Positions 63,001 to 64,000 of a DNA stretch of 64,000 nt are shown here, one piece after another (the stretch's first letter is position 1; each line of letters starts with the position of its first letter). The notes under the pieces were generated by a model. The model did no database searches and was not told where the DNA came from. It saw nothing but the letters and a program-made list of their open reading frames with translations. Where the stretch lies: the NCBI RefSeq assembly GCF_036321535.1, contig NC_087436.1, positions 2,046,001-2,110,000 on the forward strand, read 5' to 3'. The position numbers were made by a program, and so were the translations under genes. The DNA comes from Camelus dromedarius (lineage: Eukaryota).

Positions 63001-64000
63001 TACTCTGGTTTCTCAGTCTGTTTCCTTGTGCCGGTTTGAAGTTCCTGCAGTTTTCACTGTAAAACCGAGTTGGAGCTAGTACCTCCCCATAAATATGTAT
63101 GGAGTGGAGTTTGCAACTGAAAAGAATCTTTGTCTTCCCAAGAAGCTAGGTGAAGGGCGGCTTTCACACACACTTATCTCTCAGAACAGAGCATGTGGAG
63201 AGACGTTCGTTCATCTAGCACAAAGGGAACGGGTTGCAGGAGAAAGTTATACTCTGTTTTGTCAGTATGTTTCCTTGTGCCGGTTTAAAGTTCCTGCAGT
63301 TTTCACTGTAAAACCGAGTTGGAGCTAATACCTCCCCATATATATGTATGGAGTGGAGTATGCAACTGAAAAGAAACTTTGTGTTCCCAACAAGCTAGGT
63401 GAAGGACGGCTTTCACACACACTTATCTCTCAGAATTGAGCATGTGGAGAGACGATAGTTCATCAAGCACAAAGGGAACGGGTTGCAGGAGAAACTTTTA
63501 CTCTGGATTCTCAGTATGTTTCCTAGTGCTGGTTTGAAGTTCCTGCAGTTTTCACTGTAAAACCGAGTTGGAGCTAGTACCTCCCCATGTATATGTATGG
63601 AGTGGAGTTTGCAAGTGAAAAGAAACTTTGTGTTCCCAACAAGCTAAATGAAGGACGGCTTTCACACACACATATCTCTCAGAACTGAGCATGTGGAGAG
63701 ACGATCGTTCATCAAGCACAATGGGAACGGGTTGCAGGAGAAACTTTTACTCTGGATTCTCAGTCTGTTTCATAGTGCCGGTTTGAAATTCCTGCAGTTT
63801 TCACTGTAAAACCGAGTTGGGGCTAGTACCTCCACATATAAATGTATGGAGTTGAGTTTGCAACTTAAAAGAAACTTTGTGTTCCCAACAAGCTAGGTGA
63901 AGGACGGCTTTCACACACACTTATCTCTAAGAACTGAGCATGTGGAGAGACGTTCGTTCATCTAGCAAAAAGGGAACGGGTTGCAGGAGAAACTTTTACT
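57030..64000 (+). repeat. Array domain III: distinct variant set with 7-mer/8-mer periodicity
   Basis: Variants TTTTACTATG, CACGAAGGGAATGGTTTAC, ACCATGTTGG, GGACTGCTTT, GCTAATACC and GAATTGAGC..GATAGTTC appear only here. Recurrence offsets are 1743, 1992 and 1993 bp. Confidence 0.8.
59871..63863 (+). repeat. Near-identical tandem duplication of an 8-monomer unit (period 1992 bp)
   Basis: Identical ORFs 61103/63095. Private variants GGAGTAGAG, CAGATCTGAG, GAGTTTTAGC, AAAGTTATAC and GCTAAATGAAGG are in both copies. Confidence 0.92.

Larger units (their letters stand above)
1..64000 (+). repeat. Tandem satellite DNA array, 249-bp monomer, ~257 head-to-tail copies (probably centromeric/pericentromeric); runs off both window ends
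   Basis: The motif CACACTTATCTCTCAGAACTGAGCATGTGGAGAGACGTTCG recurs at 1, 250, 499, 748, 997 and onward. Consensus: cacacttatctctcagaactgagcatgtggagagacgttcgttcatctagcacaaagggaacgggttgcaggagaaacttttactctggtttctcagtctgtttcctagtgccggtttgaagttcctgcagttttcactgtaaaaccgagttggagctagtacctccccatatatatgtatggagtggagtttgcaactgaaaagaaactttgtgttcccaacaagctaggtgaaggacggctttcaca. Indels are only 1-2 bp. The centromeric assignment is inference. Confidence 0.99.

Noticed and set aside
923..63328. About 70 short ORFs (60-114 aa) with recurring peptides such as EFATEKKLCVPNKLGEGRLSHTLISQN
   Set aside because: They are translations of the satellite in several frames on both strands. 249 bp is 83 codons, so peptides recur, and ORFs open or close with random stop-codon and indel variants. 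I used them only as duplication markers.
12793..63863. A single recombination hotspot within the monomer
   Set aside because: Mappable junction intervals fall at varied monomer positions (about 39-106, 64-90, 138-165, 189-197, 206-236), with no clear clustering.
1..64000. CRISPR-like or cassette array interpretation
   Set aside because: There are no unique spacers or cassettes. The entire 249-bp unit is repeated and there are no associated genes.
1..64000. Tandem RNA gene array (5S, tRNA, snRNA) or SINE-derived repeat
   Set aside because: No recognisable 5S, tRNA or snRNA sequence or structure and no convincing Pol III A/B box pair. An Rfam scan was not possible here.
1..64000. Strand inversions or mobile-element insertions
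   Set aside because: None seen. Every segment reads as the same-orientation monomer.

Overview
The whole 64-kb window is one uninterrupted, head-to-tail tandem satellite array of about 257 copies of a 249-bp monomer, all in the same orientation. The consensus is about 45% GC with 6 CpG and one PstI site per monomer, counted by hand. I found no genes, RNA genes, transposon insertions, inversions or unique sequence. All listed ORFs are chance read-throughs of the monomer, which is 83 codons long. The array looks like eukaryotic centromeric or pericentromeric satellite, but I cannot assign the species or a named family from the sequence alone. The interest is in its internal architecture. (1) The monomer appears to be an ancient dimer of ~125-bp halves. 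(2) There are three variant domains, and the two outer ones share diagnostic variants largely absent from the central ~51 kb, which suggests layered expansion. (3) There are many recent tandem duplications of 2, 5, 6, 7, 8 and 29 monomers, including a nested series whose order can be read. (4) Differences between young duplicates are dominated by transversions. (5) Several short dyad symmetries are conserved, while a canonical CENP-B box is absent. I do not see evidence for a novel protein-coding system.
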